Positions 41,108-50,559 of a stretch of DNA of 64,000 nt are shown one piece after another. Within the stretch, counting starts at the first letter, position 1. Each line of letters opens with the position of its first letter. The DNA is from Gemmatimonadota bacterium (lineage in GTDB: Bacteria; JBHIER01; G020348925), in NCBI GenBank assembly GCA_020348925.1, contig CP070758.1, forward strand, positions 2,433,688-2,497,687, in the 5' to 3' direction. Under the pieces are notes generated by a model. The model did not search any database and was not told the origin of the DNA. It was given only the letters and a program-made list of their open reading frames with translations. The translations under genes and the position numbers were made by a program.

Positions 41108-42466
41108 ATGATGAGTAAAATTCTTGTCGTTGACGATGAGCAGAGCATCCGTGATTCGTTGAAGATCATTCTGGAGTACGAGAAGTACGGCGTGGTCCTG
41201 GCTGCCGATGGGCAAAAGGCTCTCAGGGCTCTCGAGGGGAATGACATCGATGTGGTGCTGCTCGACATCAAGATGCCGGGCATGGATGGCTTGGAGGTGT
41301 TGCAGGAGATAAAGCAGCGCGACCCCCACATGGCGGTTGTCATCATCTCCGGGCACGGGACGATCTCCACGGCCGTTGAGGCCACCAAGCTGGGGGCCTT
41401 CGATTTTTTGGAAAAACCCCTGGATCGGGATCGACTTCTGTTGACCATCCGAAACGGTCTCGCCCAGAGGAGACTGACGGACGAGAACATCGATCTTCGG
41501 AAGCAGATCTCCAGACACGATGAGATCATCGGACGGAGCCGTGCCATTCAAGAAATCCTCGCGACGATTCAGAAGGTGGGTCCGACCCAGGCGAGGATCT
41601 TAATTACTGGTGAGAACGGCACCGGGAAAGAGCTGGTGGCAAAGGCTATCCACAGGAGCAGCCCGCGAAAGGACGGCCCCTTTATTGAGGTCAACTGTGC
41701 CGCGATTCCCACTGAGTTGATAGAGAGCGAACTCTTCGGACACGAGAAAGGGGCCTTCACAGGAGCCGTCGGCCGGCGCATCGGAAAATTCGAGCTGGCC
41801 GACGGGGGGACCATTTTTCTCGATGAAATAGGGGACATGAGCCTTTCGGCTCAGGCCAAAGTTCTTCGTGTCCTGGAAGAGAATCGATTGCAGCGTATCG
41901 GGGGATCCCAGACGATTGACATCGACGTCCGTGTGCTCGCCGCCACCAACAAGGATCTCCTGGAGGAAGCCGGGCACAAGAGATTTCGGGAGGATCTCTA
42001 CTATCGATTGAACGTGGTGCCCCTGCATCTGCGGCCACTGCGGGACCGGATTGAGGATATCCCACTCCTGGTCGACCATTTTCTCCGCCAGGCCTGCGAA
42101 CAGAATAATGTCCATCCCAAAGCCATCACTCCTGAAGCCCTCAAGGTCTTGCAACGCCACCACTGGCCGGGCAACATTCGGGAGTTGCGGAATGCGGTGG
42201 AGCGCGTCGTCATTCTTTCCGCTGGCGAAACGATTCTCGAGGGGGACGTCGAGCATGTTATTACAGGTAGAGGAGGCGCATCCGATGGCGTGCGTGAGGC
42301 GAAGACGTTTCAAGATTTCAAAGAGCAGGCGGAGAAGCAGTTTCTTATGAAGCGACTGAGAGAAAACAGTTGGAACATCAGTCAGACCGCCCAGGATCTG
42401 AAGATGCAGCGGAGCAACCTCTACCGCAAGATGGAAAAGTACGGCCTGCATCCGCTCGATGGTTGA
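41108..42466 (+). CDS. Sigma54-dependent response regulator (NtrC/NtrX family)
   Basis: Receiver LVVDD/DIKMP, GENGTGKE, ESELFGHEKGAFTGA, WPGNIREL and a Fis-type HTH. Confidence 0.96.
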   Translation: MMSKILVVDDEQSIRDSLKIILEYEKYGVVLAADGQKALRALEGNDIDVVLLDIKMPGMDGLEVLQEIKQRDPHMAVVIISGHGTISTAVEATKLGAFDFLEKPLDRDRLLLTIRNGLAQRRLTDENIDLRKQISRHDEIIGRSRAIQEILATIQKVGPTQARILITGENGTGKELVAKAIHRSSPRKDGPFIEVNCAAIPTELIESELFGHEKGAFTGAVGRRIGKFELADGGTIFLDEIGDMSLSAQAKVLRVLEENRLQRIGGSQTIDIDVRVLAATNKDLLEEAGHKRFREDLYYRLNVVPLHLRPLRDRIEDIPLLVDHFLRQACEQNNVHPKAITPEALKVLQRHHWPGNIRELRNAVERVVILSAGETILEGDVEHVITGRGGASDGVREAKTFQDFKEQAEKQFLMKRLRENSWNISQTAQDLKMQRSNLYRKMEKYGLHPLDG

Positions 42467-42587
42467 GCCTGTTCTCCCTCAATTCCGGTGTCTGGGGGTG
42501 AAGGTGTGGTGCTCTTTCTCCCCCTTAAGAACATTGTCTGAGACCGCCTCATCCGACCTGCACAGCCGTTACGGGTTCTCCCTTTTG

Positions 42588-43724
42588 TTATCTCACCGCT
42601 CTTTGAAACCCAAACGCATAGACGTGTCCGTCCTTGCTGCCGACGTAAACACCGGCCGGCGTCAGGGCCGGTGAGGAGGAGATACTTCGATCCGTTGTAT
42701 AGTGCCACATAAGGGTACCGTTCCTTTTATCCAGCATGGACAGTGAGCCGCTGTGCGCTCCGACGAAAACGGCGTTGTGACTGACGGCCGGTGAGGAGTG
42801 GATGATGCTGTCTGTGTTCCACGTCCACAGGAGATGACCGCTGGAGAGGTCCAGGGCATACAGCCGGCCGTCGTATGATCCGATGTAACATGCGGAGTCA
42901 TCGAGAGCTGGGGAGGAATGGATCGATCCTCCTGTCCGGAAGCTCCACATGAGTCGGCCCTGTGAGGCGTCAAGGGCGTAGAGTGTGCTGTCAGCGGAGC
43001 CGATACAGAGTGTGTTTCCTCTGATGGCCGGTGAGGAATCGATGGAACCGCGAGTTTCAAATTCCCAGGCGACTGCGCCGGTGGTCACATCAAGCGCGTA
43101 GATGCGGCGGTCCATGGAGCCAGCGTAGACGAGGCCCCCAGCGATTGCCGGAGACGATCGGACCGCAGCGCCTGTTTCGAATGTCCACAGCACGCGTCCT
43201 GAATCCGCCGTGACGGCGTATACGTTTCCGTCACCCGAGCCGAAGAGGAGAACATCTCCGGCTGTCACTGGTGAGGAGAAGATGTCCCAGGCTTTCATCT
43301 TCCACAACATCCGCCCCGAGAGCGCATCAAAGGCGTAGAGGCGGTTATCTCGGTACTCACATCCCACAAAGAGCTTTTCCCTGTCAACAGTTGGTGAAGA
43401 CGAGATGCTGCCTTTCAATCGAATACGGCTCACCCGTTTCCCGTTGAGCGGATTGAGAATATACACTTTTTTATCCCAGGAACCGACATAGAGAAGCCCG
43501 TGAGCGATGGCCGGTGACGAGACGACGGCCCCGCCTGTTTTATATTTCCAGAGCAGGGAGGGAATGGGTGTTGTTATCGGAACGTAACCGGTACGCCCTG
43601 GATCTCCCCGAAACATGGGCCATGCCGCGGACGTATCCGCAGACTCCGGGACGAACCGCCCGGTGCTGCATGACCAGGTCAGAAGAAAGCATACGACGGG
43701 ATGAATGAGGATGCGAAGCTTCAC
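42588..43724 (-). CDS. PQQ-repeat beta-propeller lipoprotein (BamB-like)
   Basis: Lipobox-like TWSC, WPMFRG and repeated SSPA....Y.GS.D..YALD..G...W. Confidence 0.88.
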   Translation of the reverse strand: MKLRILIHPVVCFLLTWSCSTGRFVPESADTSAAWPMFRGDPGRTGYVPITTPIPSLLWKYKTGGAVVSSPAIAHGLLYVGSWDKKVYILNPLNGKRVSRIRLKGSISSSPTVDREKLFVGCEYRDNRLYAFDALSGRMLWKMKAWDIFSSPVTAGDVLLFGSGDGNVYAVTADSGRVLWTFETGAAVRSSPAIAGGLVYAGSMDRRIYALDVTTGAVAWEFETRGSIDSSPAIRGNTLCIGSADSTLYALDASQGRLMWSFRTGGSIHSSPALDDSACYIGSYDGRLYALDLSSGHLLWTWNTDSIIHSSPAVSHNAVFVGAHSGSLSMLDKRNGTLMWHYTTDRSISSSPALTPAGVYVGSKDGHVYAFGFQRAVR

Positions 43725-43739
43725 GGGGATATGAACATG

Positions 43740-46622
43740 TTAGTAGTCCCAGCCGAAGAAAAACTGGACGGAAGGACGGTGTGAAACGGTGTGAAAATCG
43801 GTGGTCTTGGCGACGTCGAAACGGAGAACAAGAAAACCGGCCACCCTCATACGGGCTCCCAAGCCGAAGCTCCCGTACAGGCCGTCGTAATTCTTTTCCC
43901 AGGCGTTCCCCACATCGAAGAAGAACGCCCCTCGAATGCTCTGAAGCCCAAAGGACAGGAACGGAAGCCCCGCCCTGAGATAGTCGATGAGGGGAAACCG
44001 GAATTCATTGTTCATCAGGACCAGTTTTCGGCCAAGAAAATGTCGGAAGGAATAGCCCCGCAAGGACCAGCTGCCACCCAAATAGAAGCGCAGCGGTTCA
44101 TCACCGCCGCTGTAATATCCCACCAGGCGGAGCGCGTAGGACGTTCGCTGCGAGAGTCGAAAATACTTTCGAATGTCCGTCAGAAAACTGATGTTATGAT
44201 TCTCTCTCTGGGTTATGTTCGTCGTCGTACCGAGGGTGATATTGCAGCGCATGCCGTCGAGCGGTCCGACTGGTCCCCAGAGACTCGTATCCCGGACGTA
44301 GGAGATGTAGTTTGACGCCAGCAGCGCTTTTCTTCGCTTCAGGTAAAATGAATAGTTTCGATCGGATTTCTTGATCTGCAGGCTCGATTCAATGCGCTCA
44401 AATTTTGTGAGAGGATAGGTGACGGCCCCGAAAACACCGTAATCCCGTTGAAAGTACCAGCCGTCGAAATCGTTGTAGTAATCGTTGGCCAGGTGGAAGG
44501 CTCCGTATCCGTAGTTGAACCGATGGGTCAGGTTCAAATATGTCGCACCAAAGTTGAACCGTTCCAAAAACTCTTGGCTGGCTTCGGCCGTATTGGCCAG
44601 GAGGAAGTAGTAGTGATGGTTGCCCAGCATATCGGAGAAGGCGACCTGAACGCCGCCGAAGGAGCCCCATCCCGGGGAGAAGGCAAAAGCGCTTTGGGCG
44701 ATATCGAGGGTAAACTTTTTCCGATAGGTGAGCGGACCTCGAGTGACCTGGGTGCTGAGGCGCGGGGGCTCCCAGCCCGTCGTGTCCAACGCCGCTGTTT
44801 GAGGCACCGGAGAGTTCGACTGCTCCGGAATCTCGAGGCGATAGAGGTGAAACTGGTATTCCTCAAAACCGGAGAAGATAATGTGCCGTCCGTCAGACGT
44901 CCAATCGGGATCGAAGGCTCCTCCGAAGGTATTCGTGACGCACCGGAACCTCGAGCGACGGTCGGTGATATAAATATTGAAGATGCCCTCACGGTCGGAG
45001 CTGTAGGCGATGTGCTGGCCGTCCGGTGACCAGGCCGGTGCGTAATCGTTGTGCTTCCCGGCGGTGAGGGGTGTCGGTCGGAGGGATTCATCCGGACCGT
45101 TCGGCACCGGTCCTGATCCAACGGCCAACCTGTGCTTCACGGCGCGTCCCTCCAGGCTGAGGAGGTACAGGTTGTAGAAACCTTCCTGGCCGTATGCTCC
45201 CCGGTCTGAGCTGAACACAAGGTGATCGCCGTCGGGTGACCAGTCGGGATCTCGATCGTCGTAGATGTCGTGGGTCACACGACGAAGGTGGCCCGAGCTT
45301 CTATCGAAAACATAGAGATCGGCGGTGCCTCCCTTGTCGATGCCCGAAAAGGCAAGGCGATCGCCCCGCGGCGACCAAGTCGGAGACGACAGCGCGATCA
45401 ACTCCGGCCACTGATATCGAGCCGTCACCCGGTTCTGATCGAGGTTCCAAATGTAGAGGGCATCGCGCTCCTTGTGCTTCGAGACAAAGGCCAACAGACC
45501 ATCACGGCTCACACTCAATTTCGTCCGGAATAAATGGAAGGATTCGAACTTCGCCGAGCGACCGCCTTTCACAATCTCTTGAGGTTTTTTCTCGTCATCT
45601 TTTTGGCGAAGCCTGTAGATGTCCGAGTAGCCCGTGGTGTTGCCGAGAAATATAATGTCCTCCTGATCACCTGACACGTCCGGGTTCGGAACAACGACCG
45701 GTCTGACATTGATACCGATCCCATCCGTCAGACGGAAAGCGATCATCTCCGCCGGTTCCTTATCCTTCATAATTGGAAAATATCGCTTCTTGAGGGTATA
45801 GGTCCAGGCGTCGTTGAGTTCTTTGAGCGAGGTGCCGAGGGTCAGTTGCAGGAGCCGGTCGAAATTCTTCGCCTTGGGCCAGTTCTCAAGAAGCAGCGTG
45901 ATCGACTCCTGGCCGTAGGTTTCGGCGATGAATTTCACCACCGATTGTCCCTGCTTGTACATCTTGTACGTGCCGAAAATTCTGTGCATTTCCTGGAGAG
46001 GGACGAGGCGTCCGGTGAGGACGGCATCGCGTATGAACATGTCGGCCTCGGTGTTCCACCCTTGGGACCAGTACTCGGCCAAACCCTCTGTAAACCACAG
46101 CGGGGCGGAGAAGGAGACAATCTTTCGGTGCTGACGGAGCGTGGCATCGATCTTATGGTGCATGAAGACGTGGACCAATTCGTGCCTGAGAATCTGATTG
46201 AGGTGGGGCCAGGATCCATGACTGGGAATGACGACGCGACCCTTCATATATTCGAAGAAGCCTCCGACACCTTCCGGGAGAAGATACGGTATGGTATTCG
46301 TCTGTTGAAAATAACTGGGAGCACTGTACAGGATCAGAGGTATCGGTTTGAAGATGTGATGGGCGACCTTCCGTTCAAGCTCCCTGTAATGCTTCTCGGC
46401 CCAGGCTGCGACAGTTTCGGCCAAAGGTTTCTCTTCCGAGTAAAAATAAATGTGAAAATGTTGGGTCTGAATGACGTGCCAGTCGAACTGGCTATACTGG
46501 ATCTTATTTTTGCCGAAATAGTACTGTCCCTGAACTCGCTGGGGGAGGGACCAGGCGATTATGAGGGCACACGCGATGAAGAGTATTACAAAAGAATTGG
46601 AAAGAAAAACTCGTGTTCTCAC
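43740..46622 (-). CDS. Omp85/BamA-TamA-family protein with an N-terminal zincin-like domain and a TolB-like propeller
   Basis: FGKNKIQY, HELVH..PLWFTEGLAEY, PD40 repeats, and barrel motifs LGG..SLRGY, E.RFP and F.DVGNAW. Confidence 0.85.
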   Translation of the reverse strand: MRTRVFLSNSFVILFIACALIIAWSLPQRVQGQYYFGKNKIQYSQFDWHVIQTQHFHIYFYSEEKPLAETVAAWAEKHYRELERKVAHHIFKPIPLILYSAPSYFQQTNTIPYLLPEGVGGFFEYMKGRVVIPSHGSWPHLNQILRHELVHVFMHHKIDATLRQHRKIVSFSAPLWFTEGLAEYWSQGWNTEADMFIRDAVLTGRLVPLQEMHRIFGTYKMYKQGQSVVKFIAETYGQESITLLLENWPKAKNFDRLLQLTLGTSLKELNDAWTYTLKKRYFPIMKDKEPAEMIAFRLTDGIGINVRPVVVPNPDVSGDQEDIIFLGNTTGYSDIYRLRQKDDEKKPQEIVKGGRSAKFESFHLFRTKLSVSRDGLLAFVSKHKERDALYIWNLDQNRVTARYQWPELIALSSPTWSPRGDRLAFSGIDKGGTADLYVFDRSSGHLRRVTHDIYDDRDPDWSPDGDHLVFSSDRGAYGQEGFYNLYLLSLEGRAVKHRLAVGSGPVPNGPDESLRPTPLTAGKHNDYAPAWSPDGQHIAYSSDREGIFNIYITDRRSRFRCVTNTFGGAFDPDWTSDGRHIIFSGFEEYQFHLYRLEIPEQSNSPVPQTAALDTTGWEPPRLSTQVTRGPLTYRKKFTLDIAQSAFAFSPGWGSFGGVQVAFSDMLGNHHYYFLLANTAEASQEFLERFNFGATYLNLTHRFNYGYGAFHLANDYYNDFDGWYFQRDYGVFGAVTYPLTKFERIESSLQIKKSDRNYSFYLKRRKALLASNYISYVRDTSLWGPVGPLDGMRCNITLGTTTNITQRENHNISFLTDIRKYFRLSQRTSYALRLVGYYSGGDEPLRFYLGGSWSLRGYSFRHFLGRKLVLMNNEFRFPLIDYLRAGLPFLSFGLQSIRGAFFFDVGNAWEKNYDGLYGSFGLGARMRVAGFLVLRFDVAKTTDFHTVSHRPSVQFFFGWDY

Positions 46623-46748
46623 GCTTCACTCCTTTTCAACCACTCTCAAAACATAGTGGTTCTTGCAGAGGATGTCAACGTAAAATTGAACGTTCCGAGG
46701 GAGAGATTGTTTCTCATGATCGGCCTTCGAGGTGGAAAGGTTCCTGCT

Positions 46749-46869
46749 GTCATTGCGAGGAGGGCCGTGCGAAGCACGGCGTAACGGTGTCCGGTCTCGG
46801 ATTGACAGGCAGGGAAGGTCATTGCGAGCCCCGGGACTCCCCCCGGGACAGGCTCCGCGAAGCAATCTC
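46749..46869. repeat. REP-like elements (GTCATTGCGAG..CGAAGCAATCTC)
   Basis: Two gtcattgcgag units with internal hairpins (gccgtgc/gcacggc; cccggg). Confidence 0.65.
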
Positions 46870-46999
46870 GTGCCATCGAGAGACAGTTTGGCTTCTTCTG
46901 GTTTCGTGCCATTGCTGCACCATACCGGCTGAGGTTCGGACTGGTGGGTGGAAACGATGAGGGCTGTTTTCGGGGAATGAATTTTTTTTAAAAAAATGC

Positions 47000-47027
47000 T
47001 TGACAAGCCTCATTTTTTTTCTATAAT
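47000..47027 (+). promoter_or_regulatory. Strong sigma70 promoter pointing into the assembly gap
   Basis: TTGACA-16 bp-TATAAT preceded by an A/T tract (UP-element-like). Confidence 0.75.
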
Positions 47028-47186
47028 TATATCTCGTGCTATTTAGGTAGGATCGCCAAGCCATAACAGGGACAGGGACCAGGGGATGGGCAAGGGCTTG
47101 AGAGAGAAACAGAGGGGCACCAGTCAAAGTTCAAGACCTCGTCATTCATAATCGGTAAGTGTAATTTTTTCCGGTTGCCCCGAGGC

Positions 47187-47286
47187 NNNNNNNNNNNNNN
47201 NNNNNNNNNNNNNNNNNNNNNNNNNNNNNNNNNNNNNNNNNNNNNNNNNNNNNNNNNNNNNNNNNNNNNNNNNNNNNNNNNNNNNN
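47187..47286. other. Assembly gap or contig join (100 N)
   Basis: Run of exactly 100 N. Confidence 0.99.
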
Positions 47287-47403
47287 ATTCTTTTTTTCAC
47301 GTTCTTCTTGTTGCTACAATCATTGAATTTCCTTCACTTATCACCGAATAATAAACTCACGTTTCAAAATCGGATCTTCTTTCCACGGCATGCCTTGGAC
47401 CTT

Positions 47404-48042
47404 TCAAAATCCACTCAGGAACCTCTCCGCCTTTCTTTTTGTGGCATTTCTTGAGTTTTTCACAGCCCGCTTAGCAAACGCTAAAATCGGTTTCTTGTCC
47501 TTTAAAAATTCAACGTATTCAGAAAAGGCCTGGATTGTTTGGCCGATATGAATATTGCGGCATTCCTCGTTTCTCTCAATTTTCTCCACTTTCAGAAGTT
47601 CGGTAGTGATTTCCTTTCGATACCGGGCTTTGTTCCGCGCTATTTTTCCCAGAGTCTCAATTGAATGACCGGCAGTAATCATCGATTCGTCGGATAGAAG
47701 ATCGTACAACTTTGTAAGAAATTTCTTGTTGATTTTGTTCTCACGGTCAACACCAGATAAATTTCCTACCATATCGATTGCTATCCATTTCAGGATTGTA
47801 TCTTCGCCTTCAATGAGATTTACTATGTAATTAAACCTCAGGTACAATTTCTGTGGTGCAATTTCACTGATGATTTGTAATGTTTTTCCCGCTGCATTTT
47901 TTATCCTCTTGCTGGGAGAGCCCGCCCCCTCAAAGACTTTTTTCAGAACGGCAATATTTTTTATGGCTAATTGAGCCACATCGTCTACCGCTCTATTTCC
48001 CCTTTCTTTGAATTCCTCAAAAATGTCAATATCTTCGTTCAT
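47404..48042 (-). CDS. Hypothetical HEAT/ARM-like helical protein
   Basis: 212-aa ORF with a GGAG..GAGG RBS and an amphipathic helical-repeat pattern. Confidence 0.65.
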   Translation of the reverse strand: MNEDIDIFEEFKERGNRAVDDVAQLAIKNIAVLKKVFEGAGSPSKRIKNAAGKTLQIISEIAPQKLYLRFNYIVNLIEGEDTILKWIAIDMVGNLSGVDRENKINKKFLTKLYDLLSDESMITAGHSIETLGKIARNKARYRKEITTELLKVEKIERNEECRNIHIGQTIQAFSEYVEFLKDKKPILAFAKRAVKNSRNATKRKAERFLSGF

Positions 48043-48247
48043 TTGATCCTCCTACTCCTTGATGAAACAAAAAATGTTCATTTAGAATTACGAACAACGC
48101 ATCATCGCCAAAAAAAAGGGGAGCTGAAGATAAATACATTGAGCGAGATGTTCTCGGTTCGATAGTCCATCCGGCGTCCCTTTCCACGATCTCATGACCA
48201 TTAAAAGGAATAAGAACGCCATTGTCTCTCAGCTCCGGTTAACTGAA

Positions 48248-49435
48248 TTACTTTTCTATGGCTTCCTTCATACGCCTCAGACCTTCCGTAATATTCTCCT
48301 TTGAATTGGCATAGGAGAGCCGGATATACTGCTCGGCTTCGCCTTCGTTTCTCACACCGAAACAACTCCTGGCCAGAACAGCGACACCAGCATCGTGCAA
48401 AAGATAATTTTGCAGCTCCTCGGCATTCTTGAGACCGAGATTCTTGCAGGCTTGCGTGACGTTGGGAAAGACATAGAACGCACCTTTCGGTATGTGACAT
48501 TTTACGCCTTCGATGTCATTGAGGCCTGCAACAACGAGATCCCTTCTCTCTTTAAATTCCTTCACCATAGCCTCAGAGGGTTCCTGTGGTCCGTCAAGCG
48601 CCTCGATCGCAGCATATTGGGTAAAGGTAGCGGTACAGGAGTTGGAATTGGTCATAAGTCGAGCGACCCAAGAAGCCATTTCCTTATTCATGATGCCGAA
48701 ACCCACGCGCCAGCCTGTCATGGCATAAGTCTTGGAGTGGCCATCTATGATAATTGTTCGCTCCTTCATCCCCGGCAGGGAAGCAATGCTCAAAAACGCA
48801 TCCTCGTACTGCATACGCGAATAGACTTCATCGGATAAGACCCACAGGTCGTGTTCGATGGCCACGTCGGCCACAGCTTCCAAGTCCGATTTGGTAAGTA
48901 CGCCTCCAGTCGGATTCTGAGGCGAGTTGAGAACAATGAACCGTGTATTCGGGGTGACTCTCTTTTTGAGATCTTCGACATCGAACCTGAATTCCTTCTC
49001 CTCCAATAGCGGTGTGGGGACAGGCTTTGCCCTGACGAAGTTGATAACCGATTCGTAGATGGGAAATCCTGGATTCGGATAGAGCACTTCATCACCCAGT
49101 TCCACACAGATCAATAATGCGAAAAACATAATAGGCTTGGCTCCGGGAGTGACAACAACTTCGTCCGGTTCAATTTCAAATCCCTTCGTTCTTGCAATAT
49201 ACCGACAAACGGCTTCCTGCAAAGGGCGGATGCCGGCAGAGGGGCTGTAATGTGTATGATTCTCCTCAATGGCCCTGATCCCGGCCCGCTTAATATGTTC
49301 AGGAGTATCGAAGTCAGGTTCTCCTATGGAAAAACTGATAATATCCTTTCCCTGCGCTTTCAGTTTGTTCACCTCCGCTAAAACATCAAAAGCAGTCTCT
49401 GTACCCAACCGATTCATTCGTCTCGCGAACTTCAT
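48248..49435 (-). CDS. Class I PLP-dependent aminotransferase (aspartate aminotransferase-like)
   Basis: GEPDFDTP, NSPQNPTG, SDEVY, SKTYAMTGWRVG, GAFY.FP and IRLSYA motifs. Confidence 0.95.
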   Translation of the reverse strand: MKFARRMNRLGTETAFDVLAEVNKLKAQGKDIISFSIGEPDFDTPEHIKRAGIRAIEENHTHYSPSAGIRPLQEAVCRYIARTKGFEIEPDEVVVTPGAKPIMFFALLICVELGDEVLYPNPGFPIYESVINFVRAKPVPTPLLEEKEFRFDVEDLKKRVTPNTRFIVLNSPQNPTGGVLTKSDLEAVADVAIEHDLWVLSDEVYSRMQYEDAFLSIASLPGMKERTIIIDGHSKTYAMTGWRVGFGIMNKEMASWVARLMTNSNSCTATFTQYAAIEALDGPQEPSEAMVKEFKERRDLVVAGLNDIEGVKCHIPKGAFYVFPNVTQACKNLGLKNAEELQNYLLHDAGVAVLARSCFGVRNEGEAEQYIRLSYANSKENITEGLRRMKEAIEK

Positions 49436-49556
49436 TTTTCACTCCTTTTCAAAGAAAGATCCAAGGATTCATGTGTTCATTCATTGCTTTGTTTCCGATT
49501 CACTCCGTTCTCAAAAACGAATTTATAATAATTGGATATACAGGTTTTCATTATTC

Positions 49557-49997
49557 TTAATACTTTTGAGAAAAATAATCCTTTAGAATGTTGCTGTGGT
49601 CAAAGGCGATTGGTTCAGGAAGGTCTTCGCAGGTGAATATACTGATTTCAGTAGCGTCGTCTTCCGCTTTTGGTGTTCCAGTCGCCTCCGCTATGAATAC
49701 GGTTGATATTGAGTGGTGTCGTGGATCACGCCTGGGATTGGAGTACGTATGAAACTGTCTTTTCAAGTTGATCTCGAGGGAGGTTTCTTCTCTCGCTTCG
49801 CGCACGGCTGCCTCTTCAACGGTTTCCCCCACATCAACAAAACCGCCCGGTATAGCCCAACCGTATGGCGGGTTTTTGCGTTTTATTAAAACAATCCCGT
49901 TTTCGATTTCGATAATGATGTCAACCGTTGGGATGGGATTCTGCCACTCTTCAAACTCTCGTCCGCAGTGTGGGCAGATTTTGTACATTTTGGGCAT
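49557..49997 (-). CDS. Nudix hydrolase
   Basis: Nudix box [27 protein letters not shown]-terminal CPHCG. Confidence 0.93.
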   Translation of the reverse strand: MPKMYKICPHCGREFEEWQNPIPTVDIIIEIENGIVLIKRKNPPYGWAIPGGFVDVGETVEEAAVREAREETSLEINLKRQFHTYSNPRRDPRHHSISTVFIAEATGTPKAEDDATEISIFTCEDLPEPIAFDHSNILKDYFSQKY

Positions 49998-50030
49998 ATG
50001 AGCATCAACTTGAAGAATAGTGGCACTCCC

Positions 50031-50119
50031 TGTCATTTCGATCGAAAGAAGTAGGTGGAGAAATTCGGTTTTTTCTTAAACTGATTCCCCGATTCGGCTG
50101 CGCCTCACTCGAAACGACA
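50031..50119. repeat. REP-like palindrome (TGTCATTTCGA..TCGAAACGACA)
   Basis: Imperfect terminal inverted repeat of the same GTCAT..ATGAC class as the other intergenic palindromes. Confidence 0.55.
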
Positions 50120-50189
50120 TACGTCTCTTCAAACGACTTTTTCCCTTTGTACTGCTTCATCCTCAACAAACACCACTGAGACGTTATTA

Positions 50190-50498
50190 CTACTTCTTTA
50201 TCTCTCGCCCTAAGGTTTTCTCTACCGATTCGATCTTTCCGGTGATCCGCCCTACAGCATCTTTTCTGTCATCGACAGAAATGTTTGTAATCACCCTGGT
50301 CGAAAACTGGCGCATCTGATGATGGCAGCGTTTGATCAAATCGAATACTTCGTCCCATTCACCTTCCACCACCGTACCCATGGGATTCAGGCGATACTCG
50401 AGCCCACTTTCGTCGACCATCTTGATGATCTGGCTCACATATTGACTGAGGCCTTCTCCTCTACCTATGGGAAAGACACTGAATTCGGCCAACATCAT
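50190..50498 (-). CDS. MTH1187/YkoF-like thiamine-binding protein
   Basis: S..P.G...S.YV, SGL.Y...PMGT..EG and ID.R..K..SV pattern. Confidence 0.9.
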   Translation of the reverse strand: MMLAEFSVFPIGRGEGLSQYVSQIIKMVDESGLEYRLNPMGTVVEGEWDEVFDLIKRCHHQMRQFSTRVITNISVDDRKDAVGRITGKIESVEKTLGREIKK

Positions 50499-50559
50499 TC
50501 TACCTCAGAAGTTTATTATTGAAAATCGATTTTCTATATTTGTTCCCTCTGAAACGCTA

